This document shows positions 30,084-39,647 of a stretch of DNA of 64,000 nucleotides, piece after piece. The stretch covers positions 1 through 64,000 of IMG/VR virus record IMGVR_UViG_3300026085_000093. One strand, given 5' to 3'. Each line of letters starts with the position of its first letter. The stretch's first letter is position 1. Both the position numbers and the translations under genes were made by a program. Origin of the DNA: a virus (lineage: Duplodnaviria; Caudoviricetes). Under the pieces are notes generated by a model that saw nothing but the letters and a program-made list of their open reading frames with translations, searched no databases and was not told the origin of the DNA.

Positions 30084-31007
30084 ATGCCTACAATGAATAA
30101 AGCAGCAAAAAACAAAGCACAGATGCAGTTCGCTCAAATGACAAAGACACTGCTTCCAATGATTCGCAGACGTATTCAAAACGTCAAAAACGCACCTATG
30201 AATGATGTTGATTTTAATCAACTAGACCATATGGGATCACTAATTGCTAATCAACAAGTAACAACCGCAAGAGAGTTGCTAGATGCAATGAGTGAATATA
30301 CAACAATGCGTGATCAAGGTGAGTTTACTGTAGATCGTTTTAAAGAATTAGTTGCTCTCGCCAAAGGTGGTACTAGCGAAGGCATGATTGAAGCACACGC
30401 AAAAGCAACTTGCGGCTGCGATGCAAGTAGTTGCTCACACTGTGGCGGCAAGCATACATTAGACGAAGTAGGCAAAACTTGTGATTGCTGCGAAAACAAA
30501 ATTAAAAAAGTGGAAACAACAAACGAAGGTCTTGCAGACATGGCAGGCGTTGCAGAACGTGATCACGAAGTGCAAATGGCTCGTGCTGAACTATATAAGA
30601 TCGCAAAATATGCTATCAAACTACACGAAATGCTAAAAGGTGTAAGTGAAGCAGAAGGCATCGAAGGTTGGATGCAAAGCAAAATCACAAAAGCAGCAGA
30701 CTACATGGGCTCAGTATATCATACACTAGATTATGATATGATGGGAGAGTCAAAGAAAACATTCAAAGGCAATATGGACGAAGCAGCAAAAGCTGATTAT
30801 AAAACCACACTTGCCGAAAAAATGAAAGAACAGACTTGTAACGAATGCAGTAAAACAATGCTTACTGCTCAAGAGAAAAAGGAACTTGCAAATTTGCCAG
30901 AAGGCAAACGCCACGGTAATAGTAAAATTTATCAAAAATGCTGGAAAGGCTGCCGTAAAGTAGCAGGTGTTCCACGTGGTCAACCTGGTTCATGCAAGTG
31001 TGATTAA
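30084..31007 (+). CDS. Modular polyprotein-like protein with Cys-rich modules
   Basis: Junctions MIE|A, TNE|G, MGE|S, MDE|A and LPE|G; CGC..CxHC and CWxGC modules; late promoter at 30051. Confidence 0.6.
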   Translation: MPTMNKAAKNKAQMQFAQMTKTLLPMIRRRIQNVKNAPMNDVDFNQLDHMGSLIANQQVTTARELLDAMSEYTTMRDQGEFTVDRFKELVALAKGGTSEGMIEAHAKATCGCDASSCSHCGGKHTLDEVGKTCDCCENKIKKVETTNEGLADMAGVAERDHEVQMARAELYKIAKYAIKLHEMLKGVSEAEGIEGWMQSKITKAADYMGSVYHTLDYDMMGESKKTFKGNMDEAAKADYKTTLAEKMKEQTCNECSKTMLTAQEKKELANLPEGKRHGNSKIYQKCWKGCRKVAGVPRGQPGSCKCD

Positions 31008-31009
31008 TA

Positions 31010-31195
31010 ATGCGTATTCACGAAGTCACTGAACGTAAAATGACTGGGGCTGAAAAGTCCAAGGAAACTAAACTTAAGAAAAAGTATGACGACAGTGATA
31101 TGAAAAAGAATATGAAAAAACAGTATGGTAAAGATTGGGAAAATGTTTACTATGCTACTATCCGTAAAAAGTCAATGACCAAAGGCGCAAAGTAA
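31010..31195 (+). CDS. Small basic probable internal head protein
   Basis: MRIHEVTE| leader. Confidence 0.6.
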   Translation: MRIHEVTERKMTGAEKSKETKLKKKYDDSDMKKNMKKQYGKDWENVYYATIRKKSMTKGAK

Positions 31196-31199
31196 TGTT

Positions 31200-31700
31200 A
31201 TGTTTGAACAACATATACAAAACTGGATAGAAACTTTCCTTAGTATACCTTCCGAAACATTTAATAACTTACCTCCTTGTCCGTTTGCCAAACAAGCAAT
31301 GCTAGAAGACAAGATAAAGTGTGTAGAATTAAAAGACATCTATAAAATAAGCATGAGTTCTTATTTTATAGCAGAACTTGAAAATTTTTCTTATCATTGG
31401 CCTAAAAATACAGAAGTTGTAATACTAGGGTGTGATCCGTCTTTGATTACATCTGAAGAATTATCACGTGCTGTAGGACATTCAAATGATCAATTTTTAC
31501 ATAACAGAGGCTTTATTGCACTGGAAGATCATCCAGATGAAGAAGAACTAGTAGATAACACTATACTCAACAACGGTAAATACGCTGTAAGTTTCTTGCA
31601 GCAAAAAGATAAACTTGAACTTGCAAGAAAGGCTTTACGTAAACAAAACTATTACGTAAAATGGGATCAAGATTATTATAACGAAGTTGTGGGTGAATGA
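31200..31700 (+). CDS. Hypothetical protein (DUF1415-like CPFA motif)
   Basis: N-terminal PPCPFAK. Confidence 0.45.
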   Translation: MFEQHIQNWIETFLSIPSETFNNLPPCPFAKQAMLEDKIKCVELKDIYKISMSSYFIAELENFSYHWPKNTEVVILGCDPSLITSEELSRAVGHSNDQFLHNRGFIALEDHPDEEELVDNTILNNGKYAVSFLQQKDKLELARKALRKQNYYVKWDQDYYNEVVGE

Positions 31701-32131
31701 CAAGTAGAATTGATTTACAAAATACAAAATATAAAACAATTGATTTTAAACTGCTAAACAGTTCACACTTTGAAGAATGTGAACAAATTTACAAACAATA
31801 TTTAATTTATAAAAAATTTGATACAATTTATCCTATATTTAAAGAAGATTGGGATAGAAATACAGTTTTTGGTTATTATGACAATAATGAACTAGCAGCA
31901 TGGAGTTGCTACATGGTTTATCCGAGTAAGAGTACAGCACATGCTGATCAATTTGCATGGAACTATAAATCACCTAAACTAAAATTAGGATACAGATCAT
32001 TGCGTAGTGAATGTGCTTATTTTCGAGATCAAGGATTTCGTTATTTAATACTAGGAGATTTGTATTCTTACAAACAAGAACTACAAGGCTTTGAACATAT
32101 TACTTTAGATAGTCATTTAGCGTTTTCATAA
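31697..32131 (+). CDS. GNAT-fold protein resembling the C-terminal domain of Ate1/Bpt aminoacyl-tRNA-protein transferases
   Basis: LGYRSL..E......GFRYLILG resembles LGTYxIL.EI....G..YLYLG. Confidence 0.5.
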   Translation: MTSRIDLQNTKYKTIDFKLLNSSHFEECEQIYKQYLIYKKFDTIYPIFKEDWDRNTVFGYYDNNELAAWSCYMVYPSKSTAHADQFAWNYKSPKLKLGYRSLRSECAYFRDQGFRYLILGDLYSYKQELQGFEHITLDSHLAFS

Positions 32132-32157
32132 TATACGCATTTAATGATAAATACTAC

Positions 32158-33279
32158 ATGAAGTATAATGCATGGAATTATAACGATCTAAATGCTTTTC
32201 ACGTAGAATTAAGTACACGATGCAATGCAGCGTGTCCAGGCTGTCCAAGATTCTTACGTAATAGCACTAATGTCGATCCGGAAGTTGTGCAAACGGATAT
32301 TACAATTGATTTGTTTAAAAGATGGTTTCCATTAGATCTTGTACAAAAATCTAAAAGTTGGATATTTTGCGGAACACATGGAGATCCATTGGCCTGTAAT
32401 GATATATATGATATATTAGATTACATATGTTCTAACAGTATAGCAACTATACAAATTAACACCAATGGAGGCTTGCGCACTCCGGATCATTTCCGTGCAA
32501 TAGGAGAATTGTTTTTAGAAACAACAAATGGTTTAAACCCAAAACCAATGCGTAAAATTACATTTAGTATAGACGGCTTAGAAGATACTAACCATATATA
32601 CAGAAGAAATGTTATTTGGGATAAAGCATGGAATAACATGATTGCATATGCATTTACAGGTGCGCACACTGATTGGGACTTTTTACAATTCAAACACAAC
32701 AAACATCAGGTAGAACTTAGCAGAAAAATTGCACAAGAAAATGGTATTAATTTTGTATTAAAAAATCCATTCGGTGTCGACGGCACAGGTATGCCAGCAT
32801 ATGACAAAGACTACAACTTAGAATATGTCCTAGAACATGCTACAGACAACGGACATGATCATTACACTCCTGCTCCATTAGGTTGGGAAGCAGATATGCC
32901 AGCGCCAGTAACAGAAGAAGGTGTAATTGCTTGTAACAGTTTTAGAACTTTGCCATATCCATACCATGAAGAACCAATGGTCGAACTATATATAGATGCA
33001 TTAGGAAGAGTTCATCCTTGTTGCTTTGTAGGAAATAAAATGCAAGGCCCTAGATATGTTCCTGAAGCAAGAGAAATGCAAACACTACAAAAAACACTAG
33101 GCGATGCAAATAATTTACATCATCATAGACTTGATCAGATTATAGACGGAGGCGTACTTGCAGTTTATTCAGAAAGTTGGCAATCAAAATCAATCAGTCA
33201 ATGCTGGGTCCAATGCGGAAAGTCCTGTGGAAAAGTCAGAGAAATTGACAAACTCTTCGAACTCTCCGAAGAAATGTAA
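32158..33279 (+). CDS. Radical SAM protein with a SPASM/twitch domain
   Basis: CNAACPGC and C-terminal VHPCC...C..QC. Confidence 0.85.
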   Translation: MKYNAWNYNDLNAFHVELSTRCNAACPGCPRFLRNSTNVDPEVVQTDITIDLFKRWFPLDLVQKSKSWIFCGTHGDPLACNDIYDILDYICSNSIATIQINTNGGLRTPDHFRAIGELFLETTNGLNPKPMRKITFSIDGLEDTNHIYRRNVIWDKAWNNMIAYAFTGAHTDWDFLQFKHNKHQVELSRKIAQENGINFVLKNPFGVDGTGMPAYDKDYNLEYVLEHATDNGHDHYTPAPLGWEADMPAPVTEEGVIACNSFRTLPYPYHEEPMVELYIDALGRVHPCCFVGNKMQGPRYVPEAREMQTLQKTLGDANNLHHHRLDQIIDGGVLAVYSESWQSKSISQCWVQCGKSCGKVREIDKLFELSEEM

Positions 33280-34327
33280 ATGGCTAGATAATCACATCAG
33301 TATGGATACTTTGGGTAACTTACGGCCTTGCTGTAATTGGGATGACCGTGACAGAAACGATCTTGTAAAAGTTTCAGATATCAAAAAATACAAAGACAGT
33401 GACTTTTTAGCAAGTGTTAGGAAAGATCTTGATAATGGAATATTTCCCGAAGGATGTAGAGATTGTGAGGAAGAAGAATCTTATGGCTTTGAAAGTTTAC
33501 GATTGCAAAGCGATAGAAAATATAAGAACAATCGCAAAGACGCTGAGATAAAATTTGGAAACAAATGTAATCTTTCGTGTTCAATGTGTGGTCCTGTTAA
33601 CAGTAGTTTAATAGATACAGAACTAAGAAAATTAGATTCGCAAGATATACAACACAAACTGATACAAAGACAAAAATATTCATTTGATTTATGGTATGAA
33701 GACGAAAAAAATATACAAAAACTTGCCGAATTTTTACATGATAGAGATGAAATACGTTTCACAGGTGGAGAACCAACTGTAAATAATTATCTTCAAAAAT
33801 TTTGCGAATATTTGTTAGTATATGATAGTAAACCTAGTTTGCGTATTACTACAAATGGAAATAACTTACCTACGAAATTACTTTCAATCTTAGAAAAATT
33901 TGACGTTGAATGGCATTTTAGCATTGACGGTTATAAAGAAGTAAACGAATATATAAGGTATCCTAGCAATTGGGATAAAATTATAAAAAACATAGCAAAA
34001 GCACAACAAATCGGTACAAGTGATGTTTGTACAACTGTAAGTTGGTTGAATGTAAAACACATGGAACCATTAGGCGAATGGATCATGTCAAATAATTTTG
34101 AACGATGGGAAGTTTATCCTGTAAACAGTCCTAAAGAATTTGCACCTTGTCATGCACCTGATAATCATAAACAGATTTATGTAGATTTGTGTGCCACATA
34201 TACAGATCTTAAAAGAAGCTTGCCGGCAGTAATCCGAGAACGGAACATTGATTATTTTGATCAAGGTATGAGTTATCAAAAACATTTAGATAGATTGAGA
34301 GGAACATCTATTGAAACGGTATTTTGA
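33158..34327 (+). CDS. Radical SAM protein with an N-terminal Fe-S (twitch-like) segment
   Basis: RPCC...CRDC, CNLSCSMC and GGEP; true start probably downstream of 33158. Confidence 0.8.
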   Translation: MQFIQKVGNQNQSVNAGSNAESPVEKSEKLTNSSNSPKKCKWLDNHISMDTLGNLRPCCNWDDRDRNDLVKVSDIKKYKDSDFLASVRKDLDNGIFPEGCRDCEEEESYGFESLRLQSDRKYKNNRKDAEIKFGNKCNLSCSMCGPVNSSLIDTELRKLDSQDIQHKLIQRQKYSFDLWYEDEKNIQKLAEFLHDRDEIRFTGGEPTVNNYLQKFCEYLLVYDSKPSLRITTNGNNLPTKLLSILEKFDVEWHFSIDGYKEVNEYIRYPSNWDKIIKNIAKAQQIGTSDVCTTVSWLNVKHMEPLGEWIMSNNFERWEVYPVNSPKEFAPCHAPDNHKQIYVDLCATYTDLKRSLPAVIRERNIDYFDQGMSYQKHLDRLRGTSIETVF

Positions 34328-34367
34328 TAATGTTAGCGCTCAATTGTAACAAATATGTAAATACGTT

Positions 34368-34589
34368 ATGTTAAAAAATGATCTCAAAGAACAATACAGA
34401 TTATTTTACATGGTCAAGGGCCACCTTGACGCTTCCCCTGAAACAGTAATAGCAAGTGCAAATGGATATTTCAAACGCCTCTGGTATGATGGCGGCGATG
34501 GTGCACCTCTTTATGAATACAGTGAACAATTTGAACAAGCATGGAGACATAAACAGAATGGTTTCACAGAAGATACAAGAACTGAGTGA
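34368..34589 (+). CDS. Hypothetical protein, probably leaderless
   Basis: TAAATA-N4-ATG. Confidence 0.55.
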   Translation: MLKNDLKEQYRLFYMVKGHLDASPETVIASANGYFKRLWYDGGDGAPLYEYSEQFEQAWRHKQNGFTEDTRTE

Positions 34590-34776
34590 TGACGACTTGT
34601 CCTACTTAGAAAAACTACTTGGTGAGCAATTTGCCAAAGAGTTAGAAGCAGATAAAACTTGGATACAAAAGAATAACTATCATCGTCCAGGTGAAAAGAA
34701 AAGCAAAATCATTCGTCTTATGAATGCCATCCGTGCTCAAAGAGATGTCAAAAAAAGAACATCATTAAAGTGGTAA
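34558..34776 (+). CDS. Hypothetical protein
   Basis: GGAG RBS before the ATG at 34558. Confidence 0.5.
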   Translation: MVSQKIQELSDDDLSYLEKLLGEQFAKELEADKTWIQKNNYHRPGEKKSKIIRLMNAIRAQRDVKKRTSLKW

Positions 34777-34783
34777 TTACTTC

Positions 34784-34811
34784 TTGACTTTTTTCTTATA
34801 AGTTGTATAAT
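34784..34811 (+). promoter_or_regulatory. Sigma70-type early promoter
   Basis: TTGACT-N16-TATAAT. Confidence 0.6.
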
Positions 34812-34831
34812 ACAAATAAAGGAGAAATCTT

Positions 34832-35092
34832 ATGAGTGATCGAGTATATGGTGCTGAAGAAAAGCAAAAACTAGAACGCCTAGTCAATGAAGGTGTGACT
34901 GTGCTTCAAGAAATTGAGGACCTACAAGCAGGTTTAAAAGACACAATAAAAGCAGTAGCAGAAGAACTTAACATTAAGCCAAGTTTGATCAACAAGGCTA
35001 TTAAAGTTGCACAAAAAGGAGATTGGGATAGACACCAAGACGAGTTTGAAGACCTCGAAACACTTGTTGTAACTGTTGGTAAGGACAAATGA
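34832..35092 (+). CDS. Small dsDNA-binding protein (T4 DsbA/GapR-like)
   Basis: 86 aa; EIEDL...KDTIKAVAEELNIKPSLINKAIK helical pattern. Confidence 0.6.
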   Translation: MSDRVYGAEEKQKLERLVNEGVTVLQEIEDLQAGLKDTIKAVAEELNIKPSLINKAIKVAQKGDWDRHQDEFEDLETLVVTVGKDK

Positions 35093-35370
35093 TTAAGTCT
35101 ATAATTGATTTCTGTAAAGAAAGTTATAGACTTTCTCCACTAGCATTTTATTGCGAAATGGCGGAAACCTTAATTTTAATTTCTGCAAGTGCTGTACTAA
35201 CATTTACAGTGTTAGATCCTGCAACAGAAATTTTTATTCCGATGTATCTAATTGGAAGTATACTTGGAGTTATTAGCACTGTAATTCGTAAAGCAGCGTT
35301 TGCAATAGTATTGTGTGCATGGTTTGTTGTTATGAACTCAATAGCAATGGTGCAATTATTCTTGCTGTAA
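35089..35370 (+). CDS. Small membrane protein
   Basis: About 3 hydrophobic helices. Confidence 0.6.
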   Translation: MIKSIIDFCKESYRLSPLAFYCEMAETLILISASAVLTFTVLDPATEIFIPMYLIGSILGVISTVIRKAAFAIVLCAWFVVMNSIAMVQLFLL

Positions 35371-35386
35371 TATATAATAATGAGTC

Positions 35387-35437
35387 GCTCACATTACGAG
35401 CATGTAGAAGGTCCGTTGGCCAGAAACAACGAAGGAG
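35387..35437 (+). promoter_or_regulatory. Structured leader/translational operator of the DNA polymerase gene
   Basis: Hairpins GCTC-N7-GAGC and CGTTG-N8-CAACG; the second abuts the AAGGAG RBS. Confidence 0.5.
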
Positions 35438-35442
35438 AATAA

Positions 35443-38142
35443 ATGAGTTATGTAGATGCATTCTTTGACCGTGATCAAGATATCATTCGTGTTGTAGAAC
35501 GCAAAGATGGAAAGCGACATTTCCACGAATATCAAGCAAAATATACATTTTATTATGAAGATCCTAGAGGCAAATATAAAAGTGTCTATGGCGATCCTCT
35601 TACACGTATTGTGTGTAAAAACACAAAAGACTTTAGAAAAGAAGTTGCTATTAACAAAGGCAAGAACTTGTTCGAAAGCGACATTAATCCTATCTTTCAA
35701 TGTTTAAGTGAAAATTATCTTAATCAAGATGCACCCAAACTAAACATTGCGTTTTGGGATATTGAGACGGACTTTGATCCAGAGCGTGGCTTTGCTCCAG
35801 TTGAAGATCCGTTTATGCCAATTACTGCTATTACTGTATGTTTACAATGGCTAAACAGTGCGCTAATTACACTTGCTGTTCCACCTAAAGGTATGAAGCA
35901 TGAAGATGCTGTTGCTATGTGTAAAGAACGTTGGGGAGACGAAGTAATACTTTTCACTAATGATAAGAACGGCGATGGTGAAAGACAAATGTTACAGACG
36001 TTCTTAGACTTAATTGAAGATGCAGATGTACAAAGTGGTTGGAACTCAGAAGGTTATGATGTTCCGTATACTGTTAATAGAATTAAACGTGTACTCAGCA
36101 ACGATGATACAAGACGTTTTTGTTTATGGGGACAGTTGCCCAAGAAGCGTGAATATGAAAAATTTGGTAAAACGTCAGAAACATATGACTTTGTAGGTCG
36201 TGTGCATTTAGACAGTTTGGAACTATATCGAAAATACACATATGAAGAACGTCATACATATAGACTAGATGCGATTGGTGAAATTGAAGTAGGCGAAAAC
36301 AAAACTGTTTATGAAGGCACACTTGATCAATTGTATAATCAAGACTTTGAAACATTTATTGAATATAACAGACAAGACGTTGCACTACTTGACAAACTAG
36401 ATAAGAAATTACGTTTTATTGATTTAAGCAATTCAATTGCACATGAAAATACAGTGCTTCTACAAACAACAATGGGTGCTGTTGCTGTAACAGAGCAAGG
36501 TATTATCAACGAAGCACACAACAGAGACTTACGTGTACCAAATCGGCCAAAGCGTGATGACACAGAAAGCACACAAGCCGCTGGTGCTTATGTTGCGTTT
36601 CCTAAAAAAGGTGTACACAAATGGATCGGTTCAATGGACTTGAACTCACTGTATCCAAGTGTGATTCGTGCGTTGAATATGGCTCCAGAAACTATCATAG
36701 GACAAATACGTCCTGAAATTTCTGAAGCTCGTGTTACTGAAGATATGGGGTTAAAGAAAAAGTCGTTCGCAGGTAGTTGGGAAGGACGTTTCAGCACAGA
36801 AGAATACGAAGCAGTTATGGAACAACGCAAAGATGTTGCACTAACTGTTGACTGGGAAGATGGTCGTTCAGATGTATTAAGTGCTGCCGAAATACATAAA
36901 CTTGTTTTTGATTCAAACATGCCTTGGATGCTTAGTTCAAATGGCACTATTTTTACTACAGAATTTGAAGGCGTTATTCCAGGTATCCTAAAGCGTTGGT
37001 ATGCAGAGCGTAAAGACATGCAAAAGATGCTTAAGAAAGCAAAAGACGCTAAAAATGATGCGGAAATTGAATACTGGGATAAAAGGCAACTTGTTAAAAA
37101 AATTAACTTGAACAGTTTGTATGGTGCTATTTTGAATCCAGGTTGTAGATTTTTTGATAAGCGTATCGGTCAATCAACTACACTCACAGGTCGTACTATT
37201 GTTAAGCACATGAGTGCAGAAGTAAACAAAGTTATCACAGGCAAATACGATCACGTAGGAGAAAGTGTTATCTATGGTGACACAGACTCTGTGTACTTTA
37301 GTGCATATCCGACATTACGTAAAGAAATCGAAGCAGGTAATATTCCTTGGAGTAAAGACAATGTAATTACATTATATGATCAAGTAGCAGAAGCAGCAAA
37401 TGCTACGTTCCAAGAATTTATGCTAAAGGCATTTCATTGTCCAAAGAGTCGTTCAGATGTTATTGCCGCAGGTAGAGAAATTGTTGCAGAAAGCGGATTG
37501 TATATTACAAAGAAGCGTTATGCGGCACTAGTGTATGATGTAGAAGGTTTCCGTTCAGATGTAGATGGCAAACCAGGTAAAGTAAAAGCAATGGGCTTGG
37601 ACTTGCGTAGATCAGATACTCCAGTGTTTATGCAAGAGTTCTTAAGTGAAATTCTTCTTATGGTGCTACAAGACAAACCAGAAAAAGAAATCCTAGATCG
37701 TATTACTACGTTCAGAAAAGAATTTTCACAACGTCCAGGTTGGGAAAAAGGCACACCAAAACGTGCAAACAAGATTGGACACTATCAGCGTCTTGAAGAA
37801 CGCCAAGGCAAGGCCAATATGCCAGGGCACGTTAGAGCAAGCATCAATTGGAATACGCTAAAACGCATGAACGGCGACAAGTATTCGCAAGAGATTGTAG
37901 ATGGCATGAAAGTTATTGTTTGTAAATTAAAGCAAAATCCATTAGGGTTTACTTCAGTAGCATATCCTACAGATGAACTACGTATTCCAGAATGGTTTAA
38001 GGAACTACCATTTGATGATGCAGCAATGGCAGAAACTATTATTGACAACAAACTAGATAACTTGATCGGTGTGTTGAACTATCCACTAGAAGATACAAAA
38101 CAGCACACTACATTTAACAGTTTGTTTGAATTTGGAGTATAG
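35443..38142 (+). CDS. Family B DNA polymerase (gp43-like)
   Basis: Exonuclease DIET, DLNSLYPS, KINLNSLYG and YGDTDS motifs. Confidence 0.97.
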   Translation: MSYVDAFFDRDQDIIRVVERKDGKRHFHEYQAKYTFYYEDPRGKYKSVYGDPLTRIVCKNTKDFRKEVAINKGKNLFESDINPIFQCLSENYLNQDAPKLNIAFWDIETDFDPERGFAPVEDPFMPITAITVCLQWLNSALITLAVPPKGMKHEDAVAMCKERWGDEVILFTNDKNGDGERQMLQTFLDLIEDADVQSGWNSEGYDVPYTVNRIKRVLSNDDTRRFCLWGQLPKKREYEKFGKTSETYDFVGRVHLDSLELYRKYTYEERHTYRLDAIGEIEVGENKTVYEGTLDQLYNQDFETFIEYNRQDVALLDKLDKKLRFIDLSNSIAHENTVLLQTTMGAVAVTEQGIINEAHNRDLRVPNRPKRDDTESTQAAGAYVAFPKKGVHKWIGSMDLNSLYPSVIRALNMAPETIIGQIRPEISEARVTEDMGLKKKSFAGSWEGRFSTEEYEAVMEQRKDVALTVDWEDGRSDVLSAAEIHKLVFDSNMPWMLSSNGTIFTTEFEGVIPGILKRWYAERKDMQKMLKKAKDAKNDAEIEYWDKRQLVKKINLNSLYGAILNPGCRFFDKRIGQSTTLTGRTIVKHMSAEVNKVITGKYDHVGESVIYGDTDSVYFSAYPTLRKEIEAGNIPWSKDNVITLYDQVAEAANATFQEFMLKAFHCPKSRSDVIAAGREIVAESGLYITKKRYAALVYDVEGFRSDVDGKPGKVKAMGLDLRRSDTPVFMQEFLSEILLMVLQDKPEKEILDRITTFRKEFSQRPGWEKGTPKRANKIGHYQRLEERQGKANMPGHVRASINWNTLKRMNGDKYSQEIVDGMKVIVCKLKQNPLGFTSVAYPTDELRIPEWFKELPFDDAAMAETIIDNKLDNLIGVLNYPLEDTKQHTTFNSLFEFGV

Positions 38143-38143
38143 C

Positions 38144-38422
38144 ATGAAAAGTCCTATAAATGAACTACAACAACTAATGATTATCACCAGTGAAGAATGT
38201 GGCGAATTAATCCAAGTTTGTAGCAAAATTACGAGAAAGTATAAAAACGCTGGACAAGTTAATAAAGAATGGCGGCAGAAATTATTAGAAGAACTTGGCG
38301 ATGTACAGTGTATGATTGAACTTATGATTGATCATGGAATTGTTAATCATGTTGAAATTGCTAAACGCTCTAATGTAAAGCGTGAAAAATTAAAAAAGTG
38401 GAGTACTATAATCAATGAGTGA
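38144..38422 (+). CDS. MazG-like NTP pyrophosphohydrolase
   Basis: EECGELIQ...EELGDV. Confidence 0.75.
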   Translation: MKSPINELQQLMIITSEECGELIQVCSKITRKYKNAGQVNKEWRQKLLEELGDVQCMIELMIDHGIVNHVEIAKRSNVKREKLKKWSTIINE

Positions 38423-38666
38423 AGAATCAAAACTTATTCTTATTACAGACTTTATAGAACAAAAGTTACGCAAAGAAAAAGAACTAGAATATTATCTAGA
38501 AGAACTCCAAAAATTACAAACCAAGATTGGATACTTACGTAGAGAAGTTGATCTAACTAACACTATAATTAACTTGATTAAACATGAGCAGGTTTATGAC
38601 ATTAAAGACAATATGTTAGAAAATAACAAGGATAAACTAATAGGGAGCAATGAAGAAATATCTTAG
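38415..38666 (+). CDS. Hypothetical coiled-coil protein
   Basis: Tightly packed ORF. Confidence 0.55.
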   Translation: MSEESKLILITDFIEQKLRKEKELEYYLEELQKLQTKIGYLRREVDLTNTIINLIKHEQVYDIKDNMLENNKDKLIGSNEEIS

Positions 38667-38919
38667 AAGACTTTTTATAGCATTTAGTATTTTCATAAAT
38701 GTTATACTTGGAGGCAGGATTAATCAAACATTTAGTGCAAGGAACTGGCAAAGAAAACGTGACAATAAAATAAATCTAGTGTATATTATTAATACAATAT
38801 TTAGGAATAATGATCACTGTTGGGAAAGTTGGGTAAAATGGACAATAATAAATGGTGCAATAAAAAGGTATGATGAAGAAATGGGTTTTGATAGAAAGAG
38901 GAGGCATTGGTACGAATGA
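38650..38919 (+). CDS. Hypothetical protein
   Basis: N-terminal hydrophobic segment; QTFSAR...DHC. Confidence 0.55.
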   Translation: MKKYLRRLFIAFSIFINVILGGRINQTFSARNWQRKRDNKINLVYIINTIFRNNDHCWESWVKWTIINGAIKRYDEEMGFDRKRRHWYE

Positions 38920-39341
38920 AAGTAGGATTTACCGCATCGACCTTCGATTTACTTCACGCCGGGCATATACAAATGCTACGTGAAGCAAAAGAACAGTGTG
39001 ACTATCTTATATGCGGATTACAAATGGATCCCAGTGTAGATAGGCCAGAAAAGAATCCACCTGTACAAACAATAGTGGAACGTTATACACAACTCAAAGG
39101 AGTTAGTTATGTAAATGAAATAATTCCTTATGCAACTGAACAAGACTTAGAAGATATCTTGACAATGTATCATATTGATGTTAGAATACTAGGTGAAGAG
39201 TATCGTGAAAAGGATTTTACTGGCAAGGATATTTGCAAGAAGCGGGGTATCCAGCTACATTTCAATAAAAGAGATCACCGCTTCTCAAGCAGCGATTTAA
39301 GAAAACGAGTATGCGAAAGGGAAAGAAATGCCACTACCTGA
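38916..39341 (+). CDS. Cytidylyltransferase (TagD/RfaE-like)
   Basis: STFDLLHAGH HxGH motif and C-terminal FSSS. Confidence 0.85.
   Translation: MKVGFTASTFDLLHAGHIQMLREAKEQCDYLICGLQMDPSVDRPEKNPPVQTIVERYTQLKGVSYVNEIIPYATEQDLEDILTMYHIDVRILGEEYREKDFTGKDICKKRGIQLHFNKRDHRFSSSDLRKRVCERERNATT
39159..39187 (+). promoter_or_regulatory. Sigma70 promoter inside the cytidylyltransferase gene
   Basis: TTGACA-N17-TAGAAT. Confidence 0.5.
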
Positions 39342-39495
39342 AGGACGTAAAGCACTAACTGATCAAGATATGGTAATCTTGCTACACAATATAGCAAGAG
39401 ATTTAGAAAACACAGACCTTAGACTTACAGCAGATAGGTTTAGTGAACTAGCCAAAGCAGCAAGCGAAGCACAGCATAGGGCGAAGCAAGGATGA
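39328..39495 (+). CDS. 55-aa hypothetical protein (not in the track)
   Basis: MPLPEGRKALTD...; overlaps neighbours. Confidence 0.5.
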   Translation: MPLPEGRKALTDQDMVILLHNIARDLENTDLRLTADRFSELAKAASEAQHRAKQG

Positions 39496-39647
39496 TACGA
39501 AATACTGATCCAACATGTGATGAACTTAGAAAAATTTTTATAGAAAATGGATTACAATTTTATATCAAAAAAGAAAAGAAGGGTATTGTAAAAGTACACT
39601 TTATAACTAGAGAGGAAGAAAATGATGTGGACACTGTTGATAATTAG
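39492..39647 (+). CDS. 51-aa hypothetical protein (not in the track)
   Basis: MIRNTDPTCDEL...; ATGA overlap. Confidence 0.45.
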   Translation: MIRNTDPTCDELRKIFIENGLQFYIKKEKKGIVKVHFITREEENDVDTVDN

